From Vulcanimicrobiales bacterium (GTDB lineage: Bacteria > Vulcanimicrobiota > Vulcanimicrobiia > Vulcanimicrobiales > Vulcanimicrobiaceae), in NCBI GenBank assembly GCA_038231455.1, contig JBBRLI010000001.1:96001-160000 (forward strand): a stretch of DNA of 64,000 nt. Direction: 5' to 3'. Under the pieces are notes generated by a model. The model worked only from the letters and a program-made list of their open reading frames with translations. It had not been told where the DNA came from and ran no database searches. Both the position numbers and the translations under genes were made by a program. How positions within the stretch are numbered: the first letter of the stretch is position 1; every line of letters begins with the position of its first letter. Positions 1 to 10,706 of the stretch are shown here, one piece after another.

Positions 1-103
1 CTTCGGCGTCGTACCGCTCGCCGCAGGCATCATGAATTGGTGTCCGAGTGGGATGCTATTCGGGCTTCCGCTGCGAGCGGCCGATATTCTCAAACGTCGC
101 TAG
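1..103 (+). CDS. 3' end of small membrane protein, DUF2892/YgaP-like (partial, runs off window start)
   Basis: Frame 2 reads FGVVPLAAGIMNWCPSGMLFGLPLRAADILKRR* (TAG 101-103). The G.VPLAAG...WC....FG pattern resembles YgaP-like C-termini. Confidence 0.55.
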   Translation, partial: FGVVPLAAGIMNWCPSGMLFGLPLRAADILKRR

Positions 104-413
104 GGGAACCGCAGGTCAGGTCGCGCGCTGAACCAGGAGACTGCGCAAGGTCGCGACCTCTGCGCGTAACTCTTCGGATTGCATCATTGCTGACTGTGCG
201 GCAATGTGTTCGAAAGCGAAGCCCGATGCTTCCAGTAGAACGCGAAGGACTCCGAGCTCCTCCGGATCGATCTAATCGCTGGTAACCGCGCAATTTAAGC
301 CAAAGCAAGCATCCTCCTTGCCCGCATTTCAGCCGCAAAGTAGCGCACCGAGGGAAGATCGACCAGGGGGCATCGAATACGGGAAATGCATCGTCCATCT
401 TGAGGAAATAAAA

Positions 414-665
414 ATGTCGTTACATGATCCCGTGAACGACCAAGAGATTCTCAACGGGTTGGCCTCGCTCCACCAAGCTATGGTGACGGGCTTCGATGCT
501 CTGCGAAATGACATGAGCGCCGGATTCGCCAGACTCGACGGCGAGATCCTCAACGTTCGCAACGATGTCTCCCGCCTTGAGCAGCGCATGCTGCGCCGGT
601 TCGATGAAGTGGACGAGAGGCTCGATGGCCACGAACGCCGGATTACGGCACTCGAAGCGAGATAG
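414..665 (+). CDS. Small coiled-coil hypothetical protein (83 aa)
   Basis: GAGGA SD before ATG 414; heptad-like sequence (FDALRNDM..FARLDGE..VSRLEQR..FDEVDERLDGHERRITALE); followed by an intrinsic terminator. Confidence 0.75.
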   Translation: MSLHDPVNDQEILNGLASLHQAMVTGFDALRNDMSAGFARLDGEILNVRNDVSRLEQRMLRRFDEVDERLDGHERRITALEAR

Positions 666-667
666 AG

Positions 668-699
668 AAAACGGGCCCGCTGAAGCGAGCCCGTTTTTT
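668..699. terminator. Rho-independent terminator, probably bidirectional
   Basis: AAAACGGGC-ccgc-TGAA-gcga-GCCCGTTTTTT between convergent genes. Confidence 0.85.
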
Positions 700-717
700 C
701 ACTGGAGCGCGAGGAGC

Positions 718-1899
718 TTAAGCCACTTCGAAGAGGCCCGCGGCACCCATTCCGCCGCCGATGCACATCGTTACGACGACGTGCTTTGCTTTACGGCGTT
801 TGCCTTCGATGAGCGCGTGCATCACCATGCGCGCGCCGCTAACGCCGTACGGGTGGCCGATCGAGATCGCGCCGCCGTTGACGTTAAGGCGTTCGTTTGG
901 GATGCCGAGCGTGTCGCGGCAATACAGCGTTTGCACGGCGAAGGCTTCGTTGAGTTCCCAGAGATCGATGTCGTCGATCTTCAGACCGTGACGTTTTAGG
1001 AGTTCGGGCACCGCGAACACAGGACCGATTCCCATTTCGCCTGGATCGCAACCCACGACAACGAGCCCGCGATAAATTCCGAGCGGACTAAGGCCGCGCT
1101 TTTCCGCCAGCTTGCTGTCCATCATCACGACGGCGGCTGCGCCGTCCGAGAGCTGCGATGAATTACCGGCGGTGATCGTCGAGTTCTTATCGAGCACGCC
1201 TTTGAGCGAGCTTAGGCCCTCGAGCGTCGTATCGGGACGATTGCCTTCGTCCTTCATCAGGGTCACTTGCTCTTCTGAGACGGTGCCGTTCTCTTTATTA
1301 TCGACGTACTTCCACGTCGTGAGCGGAACGATCTCCGCATCGAACGCGCCTGCGGCTTGCGCTGTGGCCGTGCGCTGCTGACTCTGGAACGAATACTCGT
1401 CCTGCGATTCGCGCGAGACTTTATAGTGTTTGGCAACGTTGTCGGCGGTCTGCAGCATCGGCATGAAGACGTCGGGCTTGTTGCGCAAGAGCCACTCTTC
1501 AGTGAAGCCCTTCATGTGCAGATCGTTCTGCACCATCGAGACGGACTCGCAGCCGCCTGCGACGATCACTTGCGCTCCGTCGGCGATGATGCGACCGGCC
1601 GCGGTTGCAATCGCTTGTAGACCTGATGCGCAGTAGCGATTGATCGTCGTGCCGGGAACGCGGTCGGGGAAACCGGCGCGGAGCGCGGCGTTGCGCCCGA
1701 GATTGTGTCCGGTTGCGCCCTCGGGCAATCCGACGCCGATGATGACGTCTTCGATTTCCGCCGGGTCGAGGTGTGCGCGCTCGGCCGCGTGTTGAACCAC
1801 ATGACCGGCGAGCGTCGCACCGTGTGTTTGGTTGAACGCGCCGCGGAACGCACGCCCGATGGGCGTGCGCGCGGCCGAGACGATTACCGCCTCAGGCAT
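718..1899 (-). CDS. fadA: Acetyl-CoA C-acyltransferase (3-ketoacyl-CoA thiolase)
   Basis: Thiolase motifs NRYCASG, NEAFA, GHPYG, CIGGGMG. Confidence 0.95.
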   Translation of the reverse strand: MPEAVIVSAARTPIGRAFRGAFNQTHGATLAGHVVQHAAERAHLDPAEIEDVIIGVGLPEGATGHNLGRNAALRAGFPDRVPGTTINRYCASGLQAIATAAGRIIADGAQVIVAGGCESVSMVQNDLHMKGFTEEWLLRNKPDVFMPMLQTADNVAKHYKVSRESQDEYSFQSQQRTATAQAAGAFDAEIVPLTTWKYVDNKENGTVSEEQVTLMKDEGNRPDTTLEGLSSLKGVLDKNSTITAGNSSQLSDGAAAVVMMDSKLAEKRGLSPLGIYRGLVVVGCDPGEMGIGPVFAVPELLKRHGLKIDDIDLWELNEAFAVQTLYCRDTLGIPNERLNVNGGAISIGHPYGVSGARMVMHALIEGKRRKAKHVVVTMCIGGGMGAAGLFEVA

Positions 1900-3988
1900 G
1901 AACTAGCTCCTTGCTGTAATCAGCGATTTTTCCACCGCGCTGCGCGATTTCGGCAAGCAGCGGTGCGACATCCCAACCGAATTCTTTCATCCGCGCGACG
2001 ACCTTGGCCACGCCAACTTCATCGGCGTACCACATCGGACCACCGTGATGCGGCGGGAAGCCGTATCCGTAGATGAACACGATATCTTCATCGCCCGGAC
2101 GGAACGACACGTCTTTACGTAAGAGATCGGCACCGACGTTAGCGAGAGCGTACGTGAGGCGCTCGATGATTTCCGTGTCCGTGACTTCGCGCTGAGCGAT
2201 GCCGGCTTTCTTCACTTCTTCCTGCACGAGCGCTTCGAGTTCGGGATCGGCGATCGGCTCGCGATTGCCTTTCTCGTACTTGTAGAAGCCTTTGCCGGTC
2301 TTTTGGCCCCAGCGTTTGGCTTCGTACATGCGATCGATGATGTTCGTGCGCTTCGCACCGAGTGCTTCGGCGCGTTCTTGTTGGATATGCCAGAACACGT
2401 CGACACCCGAGAGATCGAACGTGGCAAACGGCCCCATCGCAAAACCGAAGTTCTTCATGACTTTGTCGATGCGTGAAGGCGAGATCCCCGATTCGAGGAG
2501 ATACATCGCTTCGCGCGAGTAGTCGAAGAACATCCGGTTGCCGATGAAGCCGAAGGCGTTAGCCGAGACGACCGCGACTTTTTTCAGCGTCTTGCCAAGC
2601 TTGACGGCTGTTGCAAGCGTCTGCGGCGAGGTGTCTTTGCCGCGCACGATTTCGAGCAGCTTCATGATGTTGGCTGGCGCGAAGAAGTGCAGGCCGACGA
2701 ATTGACCCGGACGCTTCGTCACCGCTGCCATCTCATCGATGTCGAGCGTTGAGGTATTGGAGGCGAGGATCGCCGAGGGTTTGGCAATCGCGTCGATCTT
2801 CGCGAAGACTTGCTTCTTCACGTCCATGTTCTCGAAGACGGCCTCGATGATGAGGTCGGCGTCCGCGAGTTCGGCAAAGTCGCTCTCCCATGCAATCGAC
2901 TGACCGCGCTTCCAGGCTTCTTCTTGCGTCATCCGGCCCTTGTCGACCTGATACTTGAACATCCCAAAGACCATCGTCTTCGAACGCTCGACCGCTTCGT
3001 CGCTCGTTTCGATCAGCGTGACAGGGATATTCGCGTTCGCAAACGTGATCGCGATGCCGGTCCCCATCGTGCCTGCGCCGATAACGCCGGCCTTCTTGAT
3101 TTCCAGCGGCTCCGACGGCGGCGCACCGGGAATCTTGCTCAGCTCGCGCTCGGCGAAGAAAATATGGCGCAGCGCAGCCGAGGGTTCCGAGCGCACGAGT
3201 TCCTCGAAGAGACGCGCTTCACGTGCAAGACCGTGCGCGAAGTCGAGCTCGAGTCCCGCAGCGACGGCATCGATCAGCTTGTGTGCCGCGTAGCCGCCAT
3301 TGTTTTCGGGCGGGACCATCTTGTGCGCTTGCGCGACGACAAACGGAACGGCGAAGAGGCCCATGCCTTTGATGCCGAGATCCGGCTTGCGCGCGGAAAC
3401 GCGACGTTTGGGCTCTTTTGCTTTCGCGAGCATCGCGATCGCTGCATCGACGACATTGGCGGTGACGACTTCATCGAGGATACCGAGTTCTTTTGCGGCT
3501 TCGGCTTTGTGCAGGTCGCCTTTGAGCATAACTTCGAGGGCTTTTTGCGCGCCGATCAGGCGCGGCAAACGCTGCGTGCCACCGGCACCCGGCAACAAGC
3601 CAAGCTTGATTTCGGGCAGGCCAAGTTTCGATTTCTCCGTTGCGATACGGTAGTCGCACGTGAGCGCGAGTTCCATCCCACCGCCGAGCGCCATCCCGTC
3701 AATCGCCGCAACGTAGGTTTTTTTGCTGCGTTCGACGGCAGCCATGACGTCGCGCGCGGTCTTCGTGTCGGGGCCGGGTTCGGTCGAGAAATCGTTGATG
3801 TCGGCGCCGCCGCTGAAGTTTCCGTTCGCGCCCGTGATGACCATGGCGCGCACGGATGCATCGGCTTCGGCGGCATCGATCGCCGCGACCAGCTCCGCCG
3901 AGGCGGCGAAGCTCATCGCATTGACCGGGGGATTGTTCATTGTAATGATGCGGACGCCGTCGCGGTCGTCCGTGCCGAGGAGTGCCAT
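1892..3988 (-). CDS. fadB: Bifunctional enoyl-CoA hydratase / 3-hydroxyacyl-CoA dehydrogenase
   Basis: Crotonase N-terminus ([32 protein letters not shown]) plus 3HCDH (GAGTMG, ASNTST, GLHFF). Start placed at ATG 3988, just after the upstream stop. Confidence 0.93.
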   Translation of the reverse strand: MALLGTDDRDGVRIITMNNPPVNAMSFAASAELVAAIDAAEADASVRAMVITGANGNFSGGADINDFSTEPGPDTKTARDVMAAVERSKKTYVAAIDGMALGGGMELALTCDYRIATEKSKLGLPEIKLGLLPGAGGTQRLPRLIGAQKALEVMLKGDLHKAEAAKELGILDEVVTANVVDAAIAMLAKAKEPKRRVSARKPDLGIKGMGLFAVPFVVAQAHKMVPPENNGGYAAHKLIDAVAAGLELDFAHGLAREARLFEELVRSEPSAALRHIFFAERELSKIPGAPPSEPLEIKKAGVIGAGTMGTGIAITFANANIPVTLIETSDEAVERSKTMVFGMFKYQVDKGRMTQEEAWKRGQSIAWESDFAELADADLIIEAVFENMDVKKQVFAKIDAIAKPSAILASNTSTLDIDEMAAVTKRPGQFVGLHFFAPANIMKLLEIVRGKDTSPQTLATAVKLGKTLKKVAVVSANAFGFIGNRMFFDYSREAMYLLESGISPSRIDKVMKNFGFAMGPFATFDLSGVDVFWHIQQERAEALGAKRTNIIDRMYEAKRWGQKTGKGFYKYEKGNREPIADPELEALVQEEVKKAGIAQREVTDTEIIERLTYALANVGADLLRKDVSFRPGDEDIVFIYGYGFPPHHGGPMWYADEVGVAKVVARMKEFGWDVAPLLAEIAQRGGKIADYSKELVHA

Positions 3989-3990
3989 GA

Positions 3991-5808
3991 CTACGCCGTC
4001 ACCATCACGTTGCGATCGAGGTCGTATTGCGCTTCGGTCATCGTCATCACGTCTTCTGCACCGTGCACGATCGTGTGCTGGTACCACGAGGCTTGGCTGA
4101 GCACGTGATCGACATAGAACTTCGCCGTGATGATCTTCGCTGCGTAGAACGGATCGGTGTCGCCGGCGGCGATCTTCTCCGCGCTAATTTGCGCGGCGCG
4201 CGCCATCTGCCAGCCGCCCGCAACGATGCCCCAAAGTTTGAGATAGGGCACCGAACATGCGAAGGCTTTGTTGAGATCGCCCATCGCGTTCATCCCGATC
4301 CAACCCGAGACTTCACCGAGCGTGTCGATCGCTTTATTCATCTGGACTTTGATCGCGGCGACGTCTTTGTTCGACTCATCGAGCGCGGCGATGGCCTTCT
4401 TCATCTGCTTGACCACGGACGTTGCCGTCGTACCCATGTCGCGGATGAGTTTGCGGCCAACGAGGTCGAGCGCCTGAATGCCGGTCGTGCCTTCGTAGAT
4501 CGAGGTGATGCGGACGTCGCGATACTGCTGCGCGATGCCGGTCTCTTCGATGTAGCCCATTCCGCCGAAGACTTGGACTGCCGTCGAGCAGACTTCTTGC
4601 GAAGTCTCGGTGCACCAGCCTTTGACGACCGGGATGATGAGTTCGATGAACGCTTTATGCTGCTTGCGCACGGCTTCATCGGGATGCTTATGCGCCATGT
4701 CGAGTGAGGCAGCTGCGACGTACGAAAGCGCGCGCATTGCTTCGATTTGCGACTTCATCGACATGAGCATGCGACGGACGTCGGGGTGCCGGATGATGGG
4801 TGCAGCTTCTTTCGATTTGCCGGCGACTTCGCGGCTCTGCACGCGCTCTTTTGCATACGCAAGCGCACTCTGATACGCACGGTCGGCGATTGCGATTGCC
4901 TGCACGCCTGTCGAGAAACGCGCGGCGTTCATCATGATGAACATATACTCGAGGCCGCGGTTCGGCTCGCCCATCATATAACCAACAGCGCCGCCGTCTT
5001 TCTCACCGTAGTTGAGCGTACATGTCGGGTTGCCGTTGATGCCCATCTTGTGCTCGATGCCCGCGCAGAAGACGTCGTTGCGCTTGCCGAGCGATCCGTC
5101 AGCGTTGACCATCATTTTGGGCACGATGAAGAGCGAGATGCCCTTGGTGCCTTCGGGAGCGTCGGGAAGACGCGCGAGCACGAGGTGGATGATGTTCGGC
5201 GCCATGTCGTGTTCGCCGAACGTGATATAAATTTTCTGACCGCTGATCTTGTAGTGGTCGCCCTCCGGAATCGCTTTCGTGCGCACCGCCGCGAGGTCCG
5301 AACCGGCTTGCGGTTCGGTTAAGCACATCGTGCCCGTCCACTCGCCCGAGACGAGCTTATGAATGTAGGTCTCTTTTTGTTCTTTCGATCCGACAAGTTC
5401 GATCGCTTCGATCGCGCCCTGATTGAGCAGCGGGCCGTTCGCAAACCCAACATTGGCGCCGTTCCACATTTCGAGCGTCGGCCCGAGCAGCAGTTGCGGC
5501 AATCCCTGTCCGCCGAATTCTTCGGAGACGGGCAATCCGATCCAACCGGCTTTGGCAAACTTGTGATACGCGTCTTTGAAACCGGTCGGTACCGTAACCT
5601 CGCCATCTTTCCACGTGCAGCCTTCGACGTCGCCCGTGCGATTGATCGGGTCGAGCACTTCGGATGCGAACGTCGCGGCTTCTTCGAGAATCGAGTCGAT
5701 GACGTCGGGCGTATCGCCGAAGCCCGGCAGTTGCGCGACGGCGTCGAGGCCGGCCAGTTCGCGCAGAACGAATTGCATGTCTCGCAGGGGTGCGCGGTAG
5801 GTGCTCAT
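3991..5808 (-). CDS. Acyl-CoA dehydrogenase (long FadE5/DmdC-like type)
   Basis: MSTYRAPLRD start with GGAG SD; motifs TMCLTEPQAGSD, IEHKMGI, FGGMG, IYEGTTGIQ. Confidence 0.95.
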   Translation of the reverse strand: MSTYRAPLRDMQFVLRELAGLDAVAQLPGFGDTPDVIDSILEEAATFASEVLDPINRTGDVEGCTWKDGEVTVPTGFKDAYHKFAKAGWIGLPVSEEFGGQGLPQLLLGPTLEMWNGANVGFANGPLLNQGAIEAIELVGSKEQKETYIHKLVSGEWTGTMCLTEPQAGSDLAAVRTKAIPEGDHYKISGQKIYITFGEHDMAPNIIHLVLARLPDAPEGTKGISLFIVPKMMVNADGSLGKRNDVFCAGIEHKMGINGNPTCTLNYGEKDGGAVGYMMGEPNRGLEYMFIMMNAARFSTGVQAIAIADRAYQSALAYAKERVQSREVAGKSKEAAPIIRHPDVRRMLMSMKSQIEAMRALSYVAAASLDMAHKHPDEAVRKQHKAFIELIIPVVKGWCTETSQEVCSTAVQVFGGMGYIEETGIAQQYRDVRITSIYEGTTGIQALDLVGRKLIRDMGTTATSVVKQMKKAIAALDESNKDVAAIKVQMNKAIDTLGEVSGWIGMNAMGDLNKAFACSVPYLKLWGIVAGGWQMARAAQISAEKIAAGDTDPFYAAKIITAKFYVDHVLSQASWYQHTIVHGAEDVMTMTEAQYDLDRNVMVTA

Positions 5809-5819
5809 GTGGTGTTCTC

Positions 5820-6290
5820 CTAGCCTGGAAGTTGGGTGGTCGTGCGGCGGCTGGTGCCCGGTCGTCGCGCGGTAACGGTACGCGGGGGAGTTGCGGATTC
5901 GGCTTTGGGAGCCGAAGCCCCGTAGAGTTCGGTGCGCAGCCGATCGATCGAGGCGGCGAGCGTCTCGAGGTACGGCAGCATATTCGATTTGATACGCTCG
6001 AGGCGGTCGCGACCGGCGGTGGTGATCGCATACATCCGGCGCGAGCGCTTGGTCGGATGCTCCCACTCTCCCGTTATGAAGCCGCGCTCTTCGAGGCGGC
6101 GCAGGAGGGGGTAAATCGTATTGGTGTTCACGGCGACGAGGTCAGAGCAGGTTGCTTCGATCCGCTGCATGAGCCCAAAGCCATGGTCGGGCCCGCCCTC
6201 CAGCATGTGGAGCACGAGCACCGGGAAAATCGTCTTGCTTTTGGCTGGACCTTTAAGGACTTCGTCGGCCCGTGCTTTGGTGGTCGCCAT
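5820..6290 (-). CDS. PadR-family transcriptional regulator
   Basis: HGFGL..., IYPLLRRLEERGFI, RRMYAITTAG winged-helix pattern; first gene of the beta-oxidation operon. Confidence 0.9.
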   Translation of the reverse strand: MATTKARADEVLKGPAKSKTIFPVLVLHMLEGGPDHGFGLMQRIEATCSDLVAVNTNTIYPLLRRLEERGFITGEWEHPTKRSRRMYAITTAGRDRLERIKSNMLPYLETLAASIDRLRTELYGASAPKAESATPPRTVTARRPGTSRRTTTQLPG

Positions 6291-6306
6291 GATCAGTAAG
6301 AGATTG

Positions 6307-6319
6307 ATAGTTTTACTAT
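6307..6319. promoter_or_regulatory. Candidate PadR operator (AT-rich palindrome)
   Basis: ATAGT-TTT-ACTAT inverted repeat 17-29 bp upstream of the padR ATG, next to a minus-strand TTGACC. Confidence 0.45.
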
Positions 6320-6349
6320 TGGTCAAAATCCTTCAAACCAGCATCCTTT

Positions 6350-6739
6350 GCGCGCTCCCAAGATTCTCTCGCAGAACGATCCGGAGTTTCTCGACCAACC
6401 ATCTCGAGAATCGAACGAGGCATCGCCGACGACGTCGGAATCGACGTGGTCCAACGACTTGCCGACGGACTCGGTGTCGCCGTTTCTGAACTCTTCATTC
6501 TCGAAAGCGCAGAAGTTGTGGACGACGCTGAACTCGCTCGGCGTGCCGCAGACGATGACGACGCATTTATTGATTCCGACGCTCTCTCTGCTGCCATCGA
6601 TGAAGCAACCGGAACACCAATCGAACGATACTCCGCTGCTGGGCGTCCAGCCGTGGGTCGTTACATTTCACCCAAAAGTAGCCAAAGAAATAACTCGACC
6701 GGGCCTGTCCGACTCAGCATTTCGACCGACGATTGGTGA
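6350..6739 (+). pseudogene. XRE/Cro-type HTH protein (antitoxin-like), 5'-truncated
   Basis: In-frame SQDSLAERSGVSRPTISRIERG..DVGIDVVQRLADGLGVAVSELF. No start codon lies between the in-frame TAG at 6308 and the HTH, and helix 1 is missing. Confidence 0.7.
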
Positions 6740-6944
6740 CTTGCTCGAACGTCTGAAGAACGATCCCAAGCAATTCGCGAAGAAAAATGGCGATCTAAGC
6801 AGCGCTCGCGCAGCCGAAGCAGCTTTCAACGACGGCGTCGTTTGGCGGGGTGGTTTCACACTTGACGAAAAAAGGCGGACCGTGAAAATCATCTCGTTCG
6901 GCCCGCACGATCGCGCCTATGCGCAAGCGAAGCGCCGTCTCTAG
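6600..6944 (+). CDS. RelE/ParE-like toxin (start uncertain)
   Basis: WVVTFHPKVAKEI...LERLKNDP....K..GDL....WR....DE....VKIISFGPHD.AY matches the RelE-superfamily layout; overlaps the XRE gene. Confidence 0.6.
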   Translation: MKQPEHQSNDTPLLGVQPWVVTFHPKVAKEITRPGLSDSAFRPTIGDLLERLKNDPKQFAKKNGDLSSARAAEAAFNDGVVWRGGFTLDEKRRTVKIISFGPHDRAYAQAKRRL

Positions 6945-6973
6945 GCTAGGCTTTGAAGCGCTTCGATTCGATT

Positions 6974-7738
6974 TTACTTGCTCGTGTCCATCCGGTGACT
7001 CTTCAGAATCGCAGCAGCCTCGGATCCGGCGATGTAGGCGGCGAAAGCCTTCGCCGCCGAACTATGGGCCGACGCCTTGACCGCCGCGACCATCGTAGGA
7101 ACGGTAACGAGGTCCTCGGCGGTCAGCTTGATCATCGAAAGTTTGGCCGGATCGATATTTGATTCGTAGAGAATCGCGGCATCAGCCGTTCCGCTTTCGA
7201 CCATTTCGGTTACTTTGGCGGTGTCGTTCTTTTTACCGACGACGTTCGCTTCGTACTTGGTTCCGAAGTCTTTGCCGTAATGCGCGGTCATCTTCTCGAC
7301 GACTTGCGCTTCCCACGTGCCGGTCGTCGTGCCGGGGCTGCCTTCGGCGATTTTCACGCCCGGTTTCATCAAATCTTTTGCTTCTTTGATCTTGCCCGCT
7401 GCCGATTTATTGACACCGATCGCGGCTCTATTCGTGTAGACGTGCACCGGCGAATCGAGCCCACCGCCACTTGCGGCGATCGCGGGCTCCGCGATGAGCA
7501 CGATGTCTGCAGCCGAGCCGCTCGCGACCGTTTTTGCGATAACGTTACTGCCAACGTAGCTCGCACTTACGGAGATATCGGGATGAGACTTTTCATAGGC
7601 GGCGATGATGTCGGTGAAAGGTGCCTTTGCGTTCGATGCGACGAGCGCGACGAGCGTCGTTTTGTCGGCGGCAAAGGCCGTGCCGCTAAGCGCGAACACA
7701 AATGCCAGAGAAGCCGCGCTATAAAGACGGAAGTTCAT
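6974..7738 (-). CDS. ModA-like oxyanion substrate-binding protein, copy 1
   Basis: Signal peptide (AFA-A); ModA-like segments (YEKSHPD.....[36 protein letters not shown]). Confidence 0.8.
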   Translation of the reverse strand: MNFRLYSAASLAFVFALSGTAFAADKTTLVALVASNAKAPFTDIIAAYEKSHPDISVSASYVGSNVIAKTVASGSAADIVLIAEPAIAASGGGLDSPVHVYTNRAAIGVNKSAAGKIKEAKDLMKPGVKIAEGSPGTTTGTWEAQVVEKMTAHYGKDFGTKYEANVVGKKNDTAKVTEMVESGTADAAILYESNIDPAKLSMIKLTAEDLVTVPTMVAAVKASAHSSAAKAFAAYIAGSEAAAILKSHRMDTSK

Positions 7739-7803
7739 AGTGAGAATCCTTTTCGGATTCGAGCACCCGATCTCGAGAGATGAGGGGACGGGACGTAAAC
7801 GCG

Positions 7804-9870
7804 CTAGGCGTAGGACGTGGTGAGTTCCGGAATTTCGACGTAGTGATCGAAAGCGATGGTTTCGTCGGCGAGGAGCGCGCGCGCATCGTGTTCGTTGCTC
7901 GAGACTTGGAATGCGGCAACGAGTTCGCTCAGGCTTGCCGCCTGTTCGCGCAGTGAGGATGCGGTTGCATCGATCTCTTGGATTTGGGCGGCGAGTTCGG
8001 CGGTTGACGCCGAGACTTCGTCGGCCTTGGCCGATTGATCGATGGCAGCCGCGGCGACCGGGCGCAGGATGTCCGAGACGTTGTCCGTGGTGGACTGCAT
8101 CTCGCCGGCACCGGCGGCGTTTTGCTCGACAACAGCGGAAACGCTGCCGACGTTTTGGGTGAGCGTATCGCTCGTTACGCGCATGCGGCGCGCGCGCTCT
8201 GCGAGATCGTCGGCGACGTCGCGCGTCCGGCCGATAGCGCCCGCGACGACGCCAAGCGAACTGGTCGCCTTACCGGCGAGCGTGCGTCCTTCGGTCATCG
8301 CAGAAGTCGAAGCACTCATTGCGCGAGCCACGTTGGCAGTTTCGGCGCGAATGGCCGTAAGGATACCCGAGATTTCACGCGTCGAGACTGCCGAGCGTTC
8401 TGCGAGTTTACGAACTTCATCGGCGACGACGGCGAAGCCGCGGCCGTGTTCGCCCGCACGTGCGGCTTCGATTGCGGCGTTGAGCGCGAGCAGGTTTGTC
8501 TGATCGGCAATGTCTTCGATCGCGTTGAGAATCTCGACGACGGCATCCGAGCGCTGCTCGAGCGTCTGCATCGCAGCACTTGCAGCTTCCGATTGCTTTT
8601 GTAGGCGTTCCATTGCGTGCTCGGTTTGTGAGACGGCCTCGCCGCCGCTTTTCGCTTCTTCGTTTGCTGCGCGAGCGGCCTCGGAGAGCGCATCGCCCAG
8701 GCCCACGAGCGAGCGGAGTTCTTCGTTGAGTTCTTGCACGGCGATCGCGGAGGCGGCAACGGCCGTCGCCTGATCGACGGAGCCTTGCGCGATTTGCGTC
8801 GCGACACGGGTGAGTTGCTCGAGGGCTTCGCCGCCGCGTCGGCCGCGGTCGGCGGTATCGCGCGCACCGTGCGCGACGGTCAGCATCGCTTGCGAGATGC
8901 CTTCCACGGCGGTGCCGCTATGCGCGGTCGCCGTCGAAACTTCGGTACTGGCGATGAGCACGTTATTCGCGGTGAGCGCGACCGAACCGACGAGATCGCG
9001 CAACTTGAACGTTGCGGCACGATATTCGCGGGCGGTGTTGCCGAGTTCGGTTGCGAGACGATTGAAGTTGGTGGAGAGTTGCGCGATCTCGTCCGTCCCG
9101 GACATCACGATCGGCTTTGGTTCGAGTTCGAGCGTCGAACGCAGGTCACCGGCCGCAAGATCTTTGAAGGCCGACGAGAGCGCGGCGAATTCGTGTTCGA
9201 CGATCGAGCGCAGACCTTCACTGAGGATACGCAGGCGACGGGAGAGCGACATACTTAAGAAGATCGCAAAAGCGGTTCCAAGGATTACCGCGATGACTCC
9301 TAGGGTGATAAACGTGATTCGGGAGCGATCTTGCTGCGCGACCAAGCCCGTAAAGAGATCGTTGAAAAGCGCCGGCGTGCCGATCGATCCGTCATCGACG
9401 TACGGACCGACCTTTTGATATTCATCGACGAGGCCTTTGAGTTTTTGCAATCCGGCGACGGCGCCCGGATGGTTGCCCGCTTGAGCAACTTTCAGGACGG
9501 CATCGAATTGTGATTCGACAGCGGTAAGCTGCGGCTCAGCTTCATCCGTCCATTTTTTGAAGATCGGGTGATTCGAACCGAAGATTTTGAGCGCCGTCAG
9601 ATCTTCGTCGAGACGCGTGCGCGCCGCATCCATCTCGTCGAGATATTTTTTGTCGCCCGTCGCTACGAAACCGCGCAGCGCTGACTCGACAAGGACCACT
9701 TGCAGCACGGAGTCGCGAGTCTCACGCGTACTCGGGATGGTCTGCATGATGGTCTTGGTTTGAGCGAGCGACTGAACGATCGAGGTTGTCGAGAGAATCG
9801 CCTGTGCGACGATCAAGATCACGCACACGCCAAACCCGACGCCCAGTTTCGCAGCGATGGGCCAACGCAT
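7804..9870 (-). CDS. Methyl-accepting chemotaxis protein with CHASE3-like periplasmic domain
   Basis: Two TM segments; [55 protein letters not shown]. Confidence 0.95.
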   Translation of the reverse strand: MRWPIAAKLGVGFGVCVILIVAQAILSTTSIVQSLAQTKTIMQTIPSTRETRDSVLQVVLVESALRGFVATGDKKYLDEMDAARTRLDEDLTALKIFGSNHPIFKKWTDEAEPQLTAVESQFDAVLKVAQAGNHPGAVAGLQKLKGLVDEYQKVGPYVDDGSIGTPALFNDLFTGLVAQQDRSRITFITLGVIAVILGTAFAIFLSMSLSRRLRILSEGLRSIVEHEFAALSSAFKDLAAGDLRSTLELEPKPIVMSGTDEIAQLSTNFNRLATELGNTAREYRAATFKLRDLVGSVALTANNVLIASTEVSTATAHSGTAVEGISQAMLTVAHGARDTADRGRRGGEALEQLTRVATQIAQGSVDQATAVAASAIAVQELNEELRSLVGLGDALSEAARAANEEAKSGGEAVSQTEHAMERLQKQSEAASAAMQTLEQRSDAVVEILNAIEDIADQTNLLALNAAIEAARAGEHGRGFAVVADEVRKLAERSAVSTREISGILTAIRAETANVARAMSASTSAMTEGRTLAGKATSSLGVVAGAIGRTRDVADDLAERARRMRVTSDTLTQNVGSVSAVVEQNAAGAGEMQSTTDNVSDILRPVAAAAIDQSAKADEVSASTAELAAQIQEIDATASSLREQAASLSELVAAFQVSSNEHDARALLADETIAFDHYVEIPELTTSYA

Positions 9871-9871
9871 C

Positions 9872-10645
9872 TTAGTTTGCGACCTCGTGATGGTGCGACT
9901 TGAAGATCGCGGCAGCTTCGGGGCCTGCGATGAATTTTGCGAAGTCTTTCGCCTGAGCGCCGTGGGCCGAGGCTTTTACCGAAGCGACTACTGCAGGAAC
10001 GACGACTTCGTCTTCACCGGTGAGCTTGACCATGATCAGTTTGCTCGGGTCGATATCGGCTTCATAGAGGATTGCGGCATCGGCCGCACCGCTCTCGACA
10101 GCGTCCGCGACTTTCGTGGTGTCCGTTTTTTTGGTGGCGACGTTGGCTTCATACTTGGTACCGAAGTCGGCTCCGTAGTGCGCCGTCATCTTCGCGACGG
10201 CTGCGGCCTCGAAGGTGGCGACGGTAGAACCAGGGGTGCCCTCAGCAATACGGATGCCTTGCTTGGCAAGGTCCTTTGCTTCTTTGACCTTCGCCGACGA
10301 CGCCTTATTCACGCCGATTGCCGTGCGATTGCGAAAGATGACGACCGGTGAATCAAGCCCACCGTTTGTACCGGCGACGTTCGGCTGTGCCATCACGACA
10401 ACGTCGGCGGCTGCACCGCTAGCGATCTCGCCCGCGATGATCTTGCTGCCCGCGAAGCTCGGCGAAATCGTCACATCGGGATGGCTTTTTTCGTAGGCCT
10501 TCACGATATCGGCAAACGCGGTCTTTGCGTTGGGAGCGACGAGCGCGACGAGCGTTGTCTTGTCGGCTGCTTTGGCGCCCGTGCCCGAAGCAATGAGAAG
10601 GGAGACCGCACTCATAACGAGCGCGCCCAATTGAGCGGTTTTCAC
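9872..10645 (-). CDS. ModA-like oxyanion substrate-binding protein, copy 2
   Basis: Close paralog of 6974-7738 (shared [36 protein letters not shown]); GTG start with AAGGA SD. Confidence 0.8.
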   Translation of the reverse strand: MKTAQLGALVMSAVSLLIASGTGAKAADKTTLVALVAPNAKTAFADIVKAYEKSHPDVTISPSFAGSKIIAGEIASGAAADVVVMAQPNVAGTNGGLDSPVVIFRNRTAIGVNKASSAKVKEAKDLAKQGIRIAEGTPGSTVATFEAAAVAKMTAHYGADFGTKYEANVATKKTDTTKVADAVESGAADAAILYEADIDPSKLIMVKLTGEDEVVVPAVVASVKASAHGAQAKDFAKFIAGPEAAAIFKSHHHEVAN

Positions 10646-10706
10646 AGTTTTCGTCCTTACAAAGTGAGCATGCCTACGGTCTAACGACCGGCGGCCTTCT
10701 CTGGGT

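Noticed and set aside
110-140. GGTCAGG motif suggesting SRP RNA
   Set aside because: Lacks the GNRA loop and AGCAG pairing of SRP helix 8.
6348-6944. Single 198-aa ORF from the track
   Set aside because: The N-terminal half is an off-frame reading of the XRE gene; only the C-terminal part is RelE-like.
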